64,000 bases of DNA from Camelus ferus (taxonomy: Eukaryota), in the NCBI RefSeq assembly GCF_009834535.1, contig NC_045717.1, positions 23,560,001 to 23,624,000 of the forward strand. Reading direction: 5' to 3'. The notes under the pieces are model-generated. The model saw nothing but the letters and a program-made list of their open reading frames with translations, was not told where the DNA came from and searched no databases. Shown here piece after piece: positions 1 through 12,015 of the stretch (positions are counted from its first letter, which is position 1; the number at the start of each line of letters is the position of its first letter). Both the position numbers and the translations under genes were made by a program.

Positions 1-254
1 GGGTGTTGCAGGAAGTGGTGTGGCCCAGACTGCGAGACGCCTGCCTAAATCCTCCACTCTTGCCTAGGTTTCTCACTCCTGACCACTGGCTGGTCAGCAA
101 CGTGCCCAGCAGGTGAGCCGGAGCATGAGGCCCAGGGCCCCAACCTAGCGACAGTGGGACAGATGGCCTCCAGATGTCCTTCAGGTAAGAAAGCAGGACC
201 ACTATCTTACTTAAGCTTCTGATACTGGGAGGGAGGCAGAGATTTCTATTATAT

Positions 255-945
255 AAAGTGCCATGAGCCGGATTGCGTCCCTGCCGCCTCCAATGTATGG
301 GCTGAAACCCTAACCCCCCGTCTTAGTCCGTTCGGGCTGCTGTAACAAAATAGCACAGACCGGGGGGCTTCTCAACAACAGAACGTGACAGCTCACAGCT
401 CTGGAGGCTGGCAGTCCGAGAGCAGGTGGCCAGCGTGCTTAGCTGGGGCCCTCTCCTGGGCTGCAGACTTCTTGGTGGGTCCTCACATGGAGGAAGCGGG
501 TGAGCCAGCTCCCTGGGGCCTCTTTTAGAAGGGCACTAACCCCGTTCCTGGGGGCTCCAGCCTCAGGACCTAAGCACCTCCCAGAGGCCCCGCCTCCTAA
601 CACGGTCACATCAGGCATTAGGATTTCAACATATGCATTTTGGGGGGACACAGTGTGATGCTATTTGGAGGTGGGGATCTTTGTGTAGTGACTAGGTTTA
701 CATGTGGTCAGGAGGGTGGGCCCTCATGATGGGATTAGTGCCCTTACAAGAAGAGACACCAGAGGGCGCTTTCTTGCTCCCTCTCCCCCTCCCTCCCATC
801 TGAGGACACAGTAAGGAGGGGGCCGTCTGCAAGACAGCAAAGGAGCCCTCACCAGGAACGAAATCAGCTAGCACCTTGATCTTGAACTTCCCAGAAATCA
901 ACATGTGTTGCTTCAGTCACCAGTTTGCGGGATCTGCTGTGGCAG
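255..945 (+). mobile_element. MaLR (MLT1/MST-type) solo LTR interrupted by a second, inverted copy at ~320-652
   Basis: Recalled MLT1/MST motifs (gaaaccctaacccc, gggattagtgcccttacaagaagag, gcaccttgatcttgaacttcc); the inner copy is the reverse complement. Confidence 0.7.
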
Positions 946-1129
946 CCCGAGCACACTAAGACGTCCTGTCAGCCTGTCCCGACTAGCACAGGCGGCCAGG
1001 CATCATGGCGGCCCGCCCGTCACCCCGCCACCAGTCACCCCCATGCCTCCTCCCCTGCCGAGAGAACGCAGAGGGGCCTCCATCTCAGGGGATGAGTGGT
1101 CACTGCTCTGGACCACACTTAGGAGTCTC

Positions 1130-1325
1130 AGCCCCTTGGCCACGGGCCCTCGGGCTCCAGGACTTAACCCAGCCATCCTGGATCTCCGCCTGCAGACGGC
1201 AGACTGTGGGGCTTCTCTGCCTCCATGACCGTGTGGGCCAGTTCTTATCGCCTGTCTCCTCTTCTGTATGTTTATATCTCTATCTCTGCGAGTAGTTTTG
1301 TTTCTCTGGAGAACCCTAAAACCAT
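1130..1325 (+). mobile_element. MLT2 (ERVL) LTR 3' fragment
   Basis: tgcagacggcagactgtggggcttctctgcctccatg...gtttctctggagaacccta resembles the MLT2 end. Confidence 0.6.
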
Positions 1326-1687
1326 TGGGGATTTTAGTGACGATGGCTTTCGACTGAGCAAAGACATTAAGTCTGGGTCCTTCTAGACCTAGTTTCAAAT
1401 GAAACAATGTGGCTGCTTAGATTCTGGGCTTCGTTGGGCCTCCTGGGCAGGGCCGAGAAACCAGTCTGGGGGTGTGATCAGAACTTGAGGGCAGAGTGGA
1501 CTCTCTCTGCCTCCCTTTGGACCATCTTCCTAAGTGTCTGGGGGGATGAAGCCATTCTCTGCATCGGGACAAAACGCCGCCATCCTCTTAGCTACCCAAG
1601 GATCCTATCTTCTAAGCTGTTCAAACCCCAGCTCTGCCAAGCTGTGTGGCCTTGGCAAGGCCCTGCACCTCTCTGAGCCTTCGGCCC

Positions 1688-2080
1688 TGTATTGGTTTCC
1701 TAGGGCTGCTATAACAAAGTACCACACACCCAGTGGCTTAAAACAGCAGGGCTGTGATGCCACAGGTGTGGAGGCTGGAGGTCTGAAGTCAGGGGGTCAG
1801 CGGGGTTGGTTCCTTCCGGAAGCTCTGAGGAAGTAAGCCGGTCATTCCTCTCTTCTGGTTCCTCTCCAACCCTGCCTCCGTCTTCCTGTGGCCTTCTTCT
1901 CCGTGTGACCCTCTCCTGTCCTCTCTTCTTACCAGGACGCCAGGTGCTGGTTTTAGAACCCACCCTGACCCGGGATGACCTCATCTTAGCTAATGATATC
2001 TGCAAAGACCCTGTTTCTAAGGACAGTCACGTTCTGAGGTTCGGGGTGGACACAGGTTTTGCGGGCGACACACGTTCAAC
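1688..2080 (-). mobile_element. MLT1 (MaLR) solo LTR
   Basis: tgtattggtttcctagggctgctataacaaagtaccac...gttcaaccc hallmark ends. Confidence 0.72.
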
Positions 2081-2363
2081 CCCATGCAGTTCTCTCATCT
2101 GTAAAGCGGGGATGATGGTGGTTCCTGACGTACAGCCCTTTGGGTGGGCGTGGGGTTGCGTGTTGTGAGTCACGTGCGGCCTGTGCTGTGGCACCAGCTC
2201 TCCCCCTAAGCAGGGCTGTGTCTTTCCTCACATCCCAAGCTCCTGAGCCAGCTGCTCTGACCTGGAATTTTCCCCTACCCTCCTAGCTGGCTGGATTCTT
2301 CAAGAGAGAAACGTCCTTGCTCGCCACAGACAGCTAATTACTCCTACCGCACAGGGTACTTTT

Positions 2364-2381
2364 TTGTTGTTGTTGTTGTTG
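2364..2381. repeat. (TTG)6 microsatellite
   Basis: Direct reading; 24 nt into CATSPERD intron 7. Confidence 0.9.
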
Positions 2382-2405
2382 ACTTTCTTACCAGGTTGAA
2401 CATAC

Positions 2406-2519
2406 CTGCCTTTCGTGGGCATACTTCTGAAATACGTATCCCTGGGTGTTTGAGAAATAGATATTGGTCTGAGATATCTGATCTCCACGCAAATAAGCAA
2501 AAACCGAGTTGCTTACATC
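2406..2519 (-). CDS. CATSPERD: CATSPERD exon 7 (gene continues beyond position 1)
   Basis: 114 nt, DVSNSVFAYLRGDQISQTNIYFSNTQGYVFQKYAHERQ; ttccag acceptor, gtatgt donor; no exon 8 found in 1-2405. Confidence 0.93.
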
Positions 2520-2589
2520 CTGGAAGAACACACACATAGAATGGTCTCTTTAAAAGGAGACAGAGGGCGAGGGGGGTGGCTGGGGAGAT

Positions 2590-3420
2590 GTTCTTAAAGT
2601 AGACAAATAAGGTCTGGAAGTCGAATGCACAGCACAGTGATTGCAGACAGCAATACTGTATTATAAACTCCAAAGCTGCTAAGAAACTAAGTCTTAATTG
2701 TTCCCACAACAAAAAGAAATGATAAGTGTGTGACATGGTATGGTGGTGATCGTACTGCTGTACATAAGTCTATCTAATCAACACGCTGAACACCTTAAAT
2801 TTACACAGTGTGGCGTGTCAATTATACCTCTGTTTTTAAAAGAGGGGGCAGACGCCAGTGATCACACTTCTGGGCATTTATCCCAGACAAGTGAAAACTT
2901 ATGTCCAGACAAAAGCCTGCCCATGAATGTCTATAGCAGCCTTATTTGTAACAGCCAAAAAGTGGAAACAACCCACTTCTGGTTCGGCCACACCTTGGAA
3001 AACTCCTCAAAAAGGAACAGACTGGATGTACGCGCAACAAATCAGGCAAGTCTCCAAAGAATTTTGCTGGGACAAGCTAGTCCCCAGAGCTTTCGTATGG
3101 TGTGGTCCCACTCATATAACATTCTTGAAATGATAAAATTAGAGAGATGGAAAACAGGTTCGTGGTTGCCAGGGTCAGGGCAGTGCCGGGAGACGTGGAA
3201 AGAGCTCTGGGGTGATGGAACAGTTGGGTATTCTGCCCTCAGTCGCCATTGCCTGACTTGACACAGTTGTACCCATGTCAATTTCCTGTCTGTATCATAT
3301 TGCGCTTGTGTAAGATGTAACCACTGGGGGGAACTCGGTGAGGGATACGTGGCACTCTTATTTTTTCAACTTCCTGTACATCTACAATTATTTCAAGATA
3401 CCAGGTTAAAAAAAAAAAAA
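2590..3420 (+). mobile_element. Ancient L1 (L1M-type) 3' fragments
   Basis: L1 3'UTR motifs (acaccttaaatttacac, acagccaaaaagtggaaacaaccc, ggttgccaggg) with poly(A) at 3406-3421. Confidence 0.65.
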
Positions 3421-3638
3421 AGAAGATAGATGGATACACTCACAGTGTGTCGGCCACCTGATCTAACAGTAGCTCCGGGGCCCCGCCCATATCTCAGGTC
3501 CTGTCCTGAGCCCAGGGCAGTGCACCGCCCGAGTCCATCTCAGCCCCAGCCCTCGAGGCGTAACTGCCCTTATTTCCATTCATAATTACCTCTGCTCAGA
3601 GCAGAGTGGACAAACGAGACAGGACACGTGGTACTCAC

Positions 3639-3706
3639 CGCGCAAAAGGAATTTCCACTGTAACAACAGTTGTCACCAGAAATGTGGGAAACAGGGTGCT
3701 CTATAC
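3639..3706 (-). CDS. CATSPERD: CATSPERD exon 6
   Basis: 68 nt, (G)IEHPVSHISGDNCCYSGNSFCA; tttcag acceptor, gtgagt donor. Confidence 0.93.
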
Positions 3707-3769
3707 CTGAAAGGAAAGAGAACTAAAATGCCCTCCGAGCTCACTGCAGGTTCAGGGGGGAGGTTAGAG

Positions 3770-3995
3770 CAGGGCTTCTCGCCGTCCGCGCTGACATCTG
3801 GGCCCAGACTGTCCTGGGCACCGCGGGATGTTTTACAGCATCCCTGCTTCTGCTGACTGCCTTACCTTATTGAATCACTTATGCAATGACTTATTTAACT
3901 GGTGGCACTCTTCTCCAGTCTTGACAACTAAAAAATGTCTCCAGACATTGCTAAGTGTCATCTCGGGGTGAGGGGAGAATTATTCCTGATTGAGA
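3770..3995. mobile_element. MER20 (hAT-Charlie) copy with internal insertion
   Basis: cagggcttctc...aatgtctccagacattgc...gttgagaaccactg-like ends. Confidence 0.6.
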
Positions 3996-4109
3996 ACCAC
4001 TGGTTTTGCAGAAACTCTTTTAGGATTCTGCCAACATTGCAGGAAGAGTGCCCTTCTCTTAGTGAGGCATTCTTTGATTCTGTTTTAAAAGAAGCTTCAA
4101 CTCCAAAGA

Positions 4110-4960
4110 AAATATACATGTGGCTGACAAGCTCAATATCACTAATCATCAGGGAAATGCAGCGCAAAACCACAGTGAGGTGCCTCCCGCCCACTAGGAT
4201 GGCTACCACGAAACAGAAAATGAGTGTTGGTGACGCCTGGAACCCTGGTGCACTGCTGGTGCGAATGTAAAATGGAACGAAAGTAGAATGACCACATGAT
4301 CCAGGAATTCCACTTCTGGGTATATACCCCCACAAACATGAAAAGCATGGTCTCCAGGAGACATTTGTATATGGATGTTCAAACCAGCATGATCTATAAT
4401 AGCTAAAACATGCAAGCAGCCTGAGTGTCCATTGACAACTGAATAGATTTTTTTATATGTGGTCCATTCACCCCAATGGAATATTATGCAGCCTTAAAAG
4501 GGAGGAATTCTGACACCTGCTACAACACGGACGAACCTTGAGGACATGATGCTCAGTGAAACAAGCTGGCCATAAAAGGACAAATACTGAATGATCCCGT
4601 TTATTTGAGGTCCCCAGAGAAGTCACATTCATAGAGACAGAAAGTAAAATTGGGGGCGCAGGGGCTGGAGAAGGGGTATGGGGAGTTCACTCTTTGGATT
4701 CTATTAAACTGATGGAGAGAAGAGAAAAGACAGAGACCAGAATGACTTACATTACAGGGAGACCTGATGGTTCCTCAGTAAGTTAAATACAGAGTTTCCA
4801 TCTGACCCAGCAATTCCACCCCTAGGTATCTGCCCAAGAGAACTGGAAACATGTGTCCAAACAAATACTTGTACACAAATGCTCACAGCAGCACTATTCG
4901 CACTGGCCCGTAATCTTTCATCACAACGAATACACATGAAACAAAACGACAGCAAATTGC
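4110..4960 (+). mobile_element. L1M 3' fragments (two pieces)
   Basis: atcactaatcatcagggaaatgca...caaaaccacagtgag, acagaaagtaaaattg, gacccagcaattccac motifs. Confidence 0.7.
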
Positions 4961-4980
4961 CAGATGGTTATCTACCAACT

Positions 4981-5185
4981 CAGTGGTTTTTGACCGAGGG
5001 GATTTTGACCTGTGGGGGACACTGGGTGATGTCTGGGGACATCTGTGGTTGTAATGACTGGGGGTCTCCTGGCATTGAGTGGGTGGAGGCCGGGGAGGCT
5101 ACTCCACACCCCACGGTGCCCAGGATGGCCCTGGAGAGGATGACCTAGTCCTGATGTCAGCAGGACAGGGGTTAAGAAACCTCGT
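4981..5185. mobile_element. MER20 copy
   Basis: cagtggtttttgacc...gatgtctggggacatc...ggcattgagtgggtggaggccgggg...gttaagaaacc. Confidence 0.7.
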
Positions 5186-5704
5186 ACTGACTCCTTTCTC
5201 ACTTTGATGAGCCCCTGGTGATTACCTGTCCTCCCTCCCCCTTCTCCTCGTGTCCTGGAAAAGAGGGGCCGTCCTTCCTCTTTTCTAGGGAACAACATCT
5301 CCCTTGTCTTCACTTGGCCCCATCTCTGTCTCCTCCACCAGGGTTCGCTTCTCTCTCTCCTTAAAGCTAGTCTTCTCCACTGTCCCCACCCCTGATGCGA
5401 CATACGTAGGACTATGTCACCCCCCAGCCTTGCCGCCAGGCACCCAGGACTCATCTCTGCGGCACCCCTGTCCTCCCCGTCCTCCCCTCCATCACAGCTC
5501 CTGCTGACGCACCTTGTGTGCTCCGACCAGAGCAGGGCTTTGTGGCTTGTCACCACGATCCCAGGTGGAAACACTCAGTTCCCACCCTGTGGGAAGGGGA
5601 TTCAGGCCAATTTTTATTTCAATTTTAAATGACGATGGAATGGCCAGTGGCTGACATCCAAGTAGCAGTATCGTCTGTACTTCTGAGAATAATAATCTTT
5701 TCTC

Positions 5705-5834
5705 NNNNNNNNNNNNNNNNNNNNNNNNNNNNNNNNNNNNNNNNNNNNNNNNNNNNNNNNNNNNNNNNNNNNNNNNNNNNNNNNNNNNNNNNNNNNNNNN
5801 NNNNNNNNNNNNNNNNNNNNNNNNNNNNNNNNNN
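5705..5834. other. Assembly gap (N run)
   Basis: 130 N; hides the CATSPERD exon 5 donor. Confidence 1.
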
Positions 5835-5940
5835 CATTCCAGGAATTGGCTTCATAGTCATAAATGTAGACTTCTTGGTTCACGACTAACAGCAATACCG
5901 AACCAGCAAAATGTGCTGACGTTACTTCTGGCGTGCTAAC
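5835..5940 (-). CDS. CATSPERD: CATSPERD exon 5 (3' end and donor lost in N gap)
   Basis: VSTPEVTSAHFAGSVLLLVVNQEVYIYDYEANSWN; cgtag acceptor; runs into the gap at 5834. Confidence 0.92.
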
Positions 5941-6659
5941 CTACGTATGCGACAGACGGCACGATATCAATCCGGGCACCTTTTCGGACATCGATGCAGA
6001 AGGCAGTGCTTCTAGATATGCATCCGAGAAACGCTTATGCCAGCAAGAGTTGTCTGGTTCCTAGATACTGGAAACTATGCATCCTGGGGACCAGCGAGAA
6101 GTAGAACTGGGAGGTTAAAGTTGGCGCCCTCGGACACCTAAGTTCGCTGCATCCCCTTCTCCCATCTGAAAACCTCCTCTGAGGATACAGTCTAAAGCAC
6201 AGATGACGGATGAGGAGCAGAACCAATAAAGGCATCACTTGGGAGAGAAACTGGTATTTTAACAGATGGCCCTGCAGTAGCATAGGTGTTAACCGTCAAA
6301 TTTCTCAAGACAGTTACTGAGGGGGTACAGGTTTTTCTGTTGGGGTTCAGGACTACTTAGGGAGGCCCTGACATCAGTGCATGTAGTCTATTTATTTATA
6401 ACACACAACAGTTATAAGGAGCACTTGCAACAATTCTGGTTCTTTTTTCAGGGGAAAAAAAGCTCCTATTTTGGGAGTAAGGGCAGAATAGAACCAACCC
6501 TTCTTTTGGCTTAGAATTTGCTCAGTGTCTTTAAGAGGCACATCATAAAAGAAGCCCCCAAACCAACAGGAACAGACCGGTGTGGCATTCCCGAACTGTA
6601 TCTAATCCTAAGTATTATTCACGTCAAGCATCCTGCGGGTCATTGGGCAAAACAACCAC

Positions 6660-6732
6660 CTGCAGTGCCTCAGGGATGGAGAGTGGAAGGAGGCTGCTCT
6701 CGAAGTTGTCTCTTGTCAGGAAAGCTTGTCTC
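6660..6732 (-). CDS. CATSPERD: CATSPERD exon 4
   Basis: 73 nt, RQAFLTRDNFESSLLPLSIPEALQ; atttcag acceptor, gtggtt donor. Confidence 0.9.
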
Positions 6733-6858
6733 CTGAAATAAACAATAAAAGAGTTCAGTCAGGACAGTTTCACACAAGAAAAGAAAAAGACAGTGGCAGG
6801 CAGTCTAAAACTGTTCCATTCAAACAAAATTCCTTTCTTAGCAAGGAGCCATCGTGCA

Positions 6859-6889
<31 letters not shown>

Positions 6890-6894
6890 GTCTA
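6859..6894. repeat. Compound (TCTG)n(TCTA)n microsatellite
   Basis: Direct reading. Confidence 0.85.
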
Positions 6895-8489
6895 TTTACC
6901 ATCTGTCTATTTTTGCATGAGTAAACCTCTAAAGCCCGGATATTTGATATCTTGAAATAATAATATTATTTCAAAAGCATGATCACATCAAAAATAAAAT
7001 GATACAAAGTGTACATTAAGTGACTGTTTTGCTCAGGATGAACTTCAGTTTTGTCTTTTTAAAATATTTCTATTGCTCTGATCCCGCTAAAGTAAAGGAA
7101 TGTGTATATAAGAAAGAAGCAATGTGTTCCCTCACGCAGGAGACCTTTAAGAAGCAAAAGCCCAGCCGTGGACACGGTATACCGCTTCCTTATCCAGGTC
7201 TCCCGTCCCTTTAGCAGGAGAGTTTTATGGTTTTAGACAAAAAGGAGTTCCTGAGTTAATTCTCATGTATCGTAAAGTTTTTGCTGCTATTGTGAATGGC
7301 ACCCCTCACAAGTGCCTTTTATAAGTGGTCATGGCTAGTTCACAGGAGAGCTGTTGATGTTTTTTCATGTCAGTCTTGCGTTTGGCCATCTTGATGCAAT
7401 CAGTTATTACTTCTGCTAGTGGGTACTCATAGACTTGGCAGACGTTGTCTCTTTCAATCTAATTGTGCTTTATATTTCATATCTTTGTCTTGTCGTATTG
7501 ATGGGGTGGGACTACTGATAGGAAGTTGAAATGAGAGTGATACGGTTTTCTCAGTTATTTTTACTTTTATATTGTCTCTTTTACATGGTTAAATACTGTC
7601 CGCACAGATTCTGTTGACATCAAAACCAGCAAAACATTGGGGAAGGGAGGAACTCTGAAGCATGAACTAGGGGATATTATTTTGTCTATCTATTTTTGGT
7701 TTTGTTTCTATTTTAGAACCTGTCAGTGAAGTGAGATTTCCAAAAAAAAGTTTCCTGAACCATTGCAAGATTTTCACCTACTTTGACCTTAAAAAAAAAC
7801 AAAACCTCTGATTCACTCATTCATTTGGCACACATTTATTGAATACCAGGCTCTAGGGACACAAAGATAACCAAACATAGGCTCTTCTCATAAGAACCGC
7901 TCTACTTCACTAGGAAAAAAGTATACAAAGAAGGAAGTTTGGGGTTGAAATACATATATAATGATCACTTTTCCAGGAAGCACAGCTGTCAGAAACCTAG
8001 TTAAAAATCCAGAACTTAAAAAAAGAAAAAAGAACCCAGAAGTAAGTAAAACAAGCTTCGAACGTGCAAAGTGCAAAATCAACACCATACTGTTAGTAGA
8101 CTCCAGGTCAAATACTTCACTGATATTCTCTCCTTTAAATTTTATGTGGTCTGGTTTTAGACACAATTTTAAAACAGTAAATTAGAGAATGAGTGGTGGA
8201 CTCCCATGCCAGTCTCTGCAAGCACTGGCATGCTGACAGCCACACAACGTGATGGCTGTCAGCAAGGGAGAGAAAAGAAGAATGCTTTCAGAATTAGATG
8301 TATCACGGTGTTATAGCAAAAGAGGACAGCCAGCCCAAAGGGTGAGGGTTACCGGCATCAGCCTCTCCACTACTTGGAAAACTCGAATGGCTGCCTGTCT
8401 CCTAAAGGATCAAGGGTGAAGCTTCTGAACCACCTACAGGGAGATCCGCTATCTGAACTCTATCCATCTCCCTACTCCAGGGCTTCTCA

Positions 8490-8685
8490 CCCCAGCACTA
8501 GGGACGTTGGGTTCAGACCATTGTCTTGTAGGGAGCTGTCCTGGGCACTGCAGGAGGTTGAGCAGCATCCCTGGCCTCCACTAGATGGCAGTAGCATGCC
8601 CCAGGCATGACAACCACAAATGCCCCGCTGTGTTGCCCAGCCTCCCCTGGGGGGGTGCAGAATTGTCCCCAGTTGAGAACTACTG
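8490..8685. mobile_element. MER20 copy carrying a CTCF-consensus 14-mer
   Basis: gctgtcctgggcactgcagg...agcagcatccctggcctccactagatggcagtagc...agttgagaactactg. Confidence 0.72.
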
Positions 8686-9789
8686 CCCCTGGCTCATGTC
8701 TCACCACACTGGACTTCTGTTTTACACTCCAACATCACATGCCATATTGTGTCTTTTGTTCATGCCATCTGGTACTGCCTATTTCCTCCAAAGCCAACTC
8801 CCATTCATCCTGTGTGGTACTCAGCCTTTACGCTGGAAGACAGGAAGTCTAACTCTTAGCTAAGTAGAGCTCTGTGCCCTTCTCCAGGCTGATACCCCAT
8901 TGTTCCTCCTCAGTTAAGTGCCCTTGACTCAGTTCAGTGCTTTCCAGACCTTCTCCACCCACTTATCCTAATAAGCTGAAATCCTACCTGGGCTAAACCA
9001 CCTAACTCGGCTCAGGTGCCTCTTCCTCCATGCAACCTTCCTTGATTTCCCCACAACCCCTCTTCCTCTGAGCCACCATTCTTGTAACCCTATCTCCCTC
9101 CAGTGCTGCCTCCTGGTCTCTCACTGGACCACACCTCAGCTTCTCACTTGTGTCCTCCTTCAGTCTCACCTCTCTGCCTCCTGTTTTCCAACCAGAAGTC
9201 AGTGGTCCTTCAAAAGAGAAGTCAGATCATGTCCCTCCCCTGTCTAATCGCTGGTGGCTTCCCACGAGAGTTAAGCTGAAATTCAGATTCATCACCATAG
9301 CTGACAAAGCCCCACGTGATGACACTTTGATGTCTCCCTTCACACTTTACTCTCCATCATGGTGCTTGAGCTGTTCTCCCAACAATCAGACAAGGTCCTG
9401 CCTCAGGGCCTTTGCATATGCTGTCCCTGCTTCGAAGAATGCTCTTCCCCTTGACTGCAGGGGGACAAAGGCCTAGGGCAGGGTATGCATTGGGAACATA
9501 AACAAGTTATCATTGTAGGTTAACTTCCTGGAAGTGAGATCTTTGTCTGAGAACATGCATTGAACATTTTGACAGATTCTGCCAAACCGTCCTCCATAGA
9601 AGAGAGACCCACTTAGCCTCATCCTCCTTTGCCCTCATCCTCGCCAACACAGTGGGTGAGAAGTGGTATCTTATAACTTTATTACGCATTAGTTTCTTAT
9701 TTCCAGAAGCTGTTGGAGTCCAGTGCTCTCTGATTCCAGTGTGTTCTGGGAATGAGGTGCCATTTAAGTGTTTTGCTCCACATGAGAGG

Positions 9790-10060
9790 TCCAGCAAACT
9801 TTTTCTGTCAATGGCCAGATAGGAAATATTTTAGGGGCCTCTGTCTTCACCCATTCATCTCTGTGAATGGTGCAATCACATAAAGGAATGGATGTGGTCA
9901 TGTGCCAATGAAACTTTATTTAGAGACAAGGAAATGTGAATTTCACATCATTTTTCAAGTGTTGCAAAATCCTAAGTCTTCTTTTGAATTGTTTTCAAGT
10001 GTATAAAGATATAAAGACCATTCTTAGCCCACTGGGCTGTAGACAAACAGACCACAGAGC
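9790..10060. mobile_element. MER58-like hAT DNA transposon
   Basis: ccagcaaactttttctgt...ggccagataggaaatattttagg...gtgccaatgaaactttattt. Confidence 0.6.
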
Positions 10061-10261
10061 CTTCTGCAGTGAGGGAGAAGCCCTGTTTCCGAGCTGTCCA
10101 ACACGGCAGCTGCTGGCCACACTGAGGGCTTGAAATGCGGTTGGTTTGACTGTAGATTTTTCTCTGTATTTCATTTCACTTAAAAATATTTAATTTTTAA
10201 AATTATGGTAAAATCCACATAACTTAAAATATATCTTTCACCATTTATTTTAATTGTGCTA

Positions 10262-10701
10262 NNNNNNNNNNNNNNNNNNNNNNNNNNNNNNNNNNNNNNN
10301 NNNNNNNNNNNNNNNNNNNNNNNNNNNNNNNNNNNNNNNNNNNNNNNNNNNNNNNNNNNNNNNNNNNNNNNNNNNNNNNNNNNNNNNNNTGAAGCATTCA
10401 CTCCCCCTTCCCCTCCCTCAGCCCCTGACACCTACCACNNNNNNNNNNNNNNNNNNNNNNNNNNNNNNNNNNNNNNNNNNNNNNNNNNNNNNNNNNNNNN
10501 NNNNNNNNNNNNNNNNNNNNNNNNNNNNNNNNNNNNNNNNNNNNNNNNNNNNNNNNNNNNNNNNNNNNNNNNNNNNNNNNNNNNNNNNNNNNNNNNNNNN
10601 NNNNNNNNNNNNNNNNNNNNNNNNNNNNNNNNNNNNNNNNNNNNNNNNNNNNNNNNNNNNNNNNNNNNNNNNNNNNNNNNNNNNNNNNNNNNNNNNNNNN
10701 N
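10262..10701. other. Two assembly gaps (10262-10389 and 10439-10701)
   Basis: N runs in CATSPERD intron 3, adjacent to L1-like sequence. Confidence 1.
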
Positions 10702-11938
10702 GGCAGCCCAGTCTGAAGGAATGACACAGGAGTCAAGTCTTTTCATTTGAGATGCTTCTGCTGTGGAAGTCCTCACCCTGTTCTGGGCCAGCCTCCACCC
10801 TGGTCCCAGGAAGACCTGTCTCCTTCTCCGTGGTCACCCGCTCTCCCCAGGCCCATCCAGTCAGCCTCCAGACTCTGCCTCCCTAGCTGCTCAGTCTCTG
10901 TAGTGACCTCCCTCCTTTTTCTGTCTGGGCTTGTGGAGAGAGTAACATGAGCTTTGGCTCTCCATATCCCCACTTTCTCTTCCATCCTCCCATCGCCTCC
11001 AGGGGCTGCTTACCCACTCACGGGCCCTGGCTCCTCTGTGATGGCCTCCTCTTCAGCTCTGGCCTCTCTCTTTCTCTTCCCTCACCTGCTGCAGAAAATC
11101 GATATTCCCCAGGGTTGCTGACCGCTAAACAGGTGATTCCTGGGAGGTCGCAAGCTCCCCACCCCATGAACGACCAGTTTCCGTCTCCGGTCTTAGGTGT
11201 CATTGGTGTCCTGCAAGAATCAAGTCATCCCCAGCCGCCGCCCCATCCCTGTTCTCTCCACTGGAAACGTGGGAGCCGCTGTAAACTGCGTGCTCGCCTC
11301 CCTTCCGCCAGCAAGTCCTGCTGAGTCTGCCTCCTTCTTCTCCATGTGGCCTTTCCTTCTGTTGAGGTTTTATAACGTTGTGTTGTTTTGGGGTTTTTTT
11401 GGCCTGGGTTTTCAGAAATCCTCCTAAACACAAACCGTGTAGCCCTAAATCCTCCAATGCCGTTAGGATGAGGGATACCCACTTTGGTATGCTGCATGGA
11501 TCTAGTTTTTTAGCTTTGCACCCTGACAATCCCAAGTGCATGAGGTTTCCACTCCTCTGAATGTTCTGCTCCATGGCCATTCATATTTGGTTCTCCCTTT
11601 CTCCATGGTGAACTCCTATTCATGTTTCAAAGCCCAGTTTGGGCATCAATTCCCCAAGAGAAACTTTCTAGGCATTTTCTCCTCAGATTCCCCCATAAGC
11701 ATTTATAGTAAGTATCTATGACAGGTGGTACCATGCTATACTGTCATTATTTTAGTGACTTGTTGGTCTCTTCACCTCTCTTCCTCCAGCCTCTACCCCA
11801 ACTGTGGACTCCCTGTAGACCAGCACCTAGCAGCTCAGGACCAAGTTGTCTTTCATAATGTTGACTAAATGAAGGAATGAGGGCAAATATAATGTTTTAA
11901 TAGAAAAGAAGGTAACAATACCTAAAATGGTCACTTAC

Positions 11939-12015
11939 CCTAGATACAGGGCTATGTTTTTCTTGCAAGGATGTTTAATCAAGCGAGTTGTCGCAGATGA
12001 AAAATACAGGAGGTC
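11939..12015 (-). CDS. CATSPERD: CATSPERD exon 3
   Basis: 77 nt, DLLYFSSATTRLIKHPCKKNIALYL(G); AG acceptor, gtaagt donor. Confidence 0.93.

Noticed and set aside
8204-8232. 9-bp inverted repeat CATGCCAGT...ACTGGCATG
   Set aside because: Short, isolated hairpin expected by chance in 64 kb; no miRNA or snoRNA hallmarks
10254-10776. ORFs spanning N runs (also 5614-5895 and 61436-62545)
   Set aside because: Artefacts of gaps being translated as X; only the exon fragments listed are supportable
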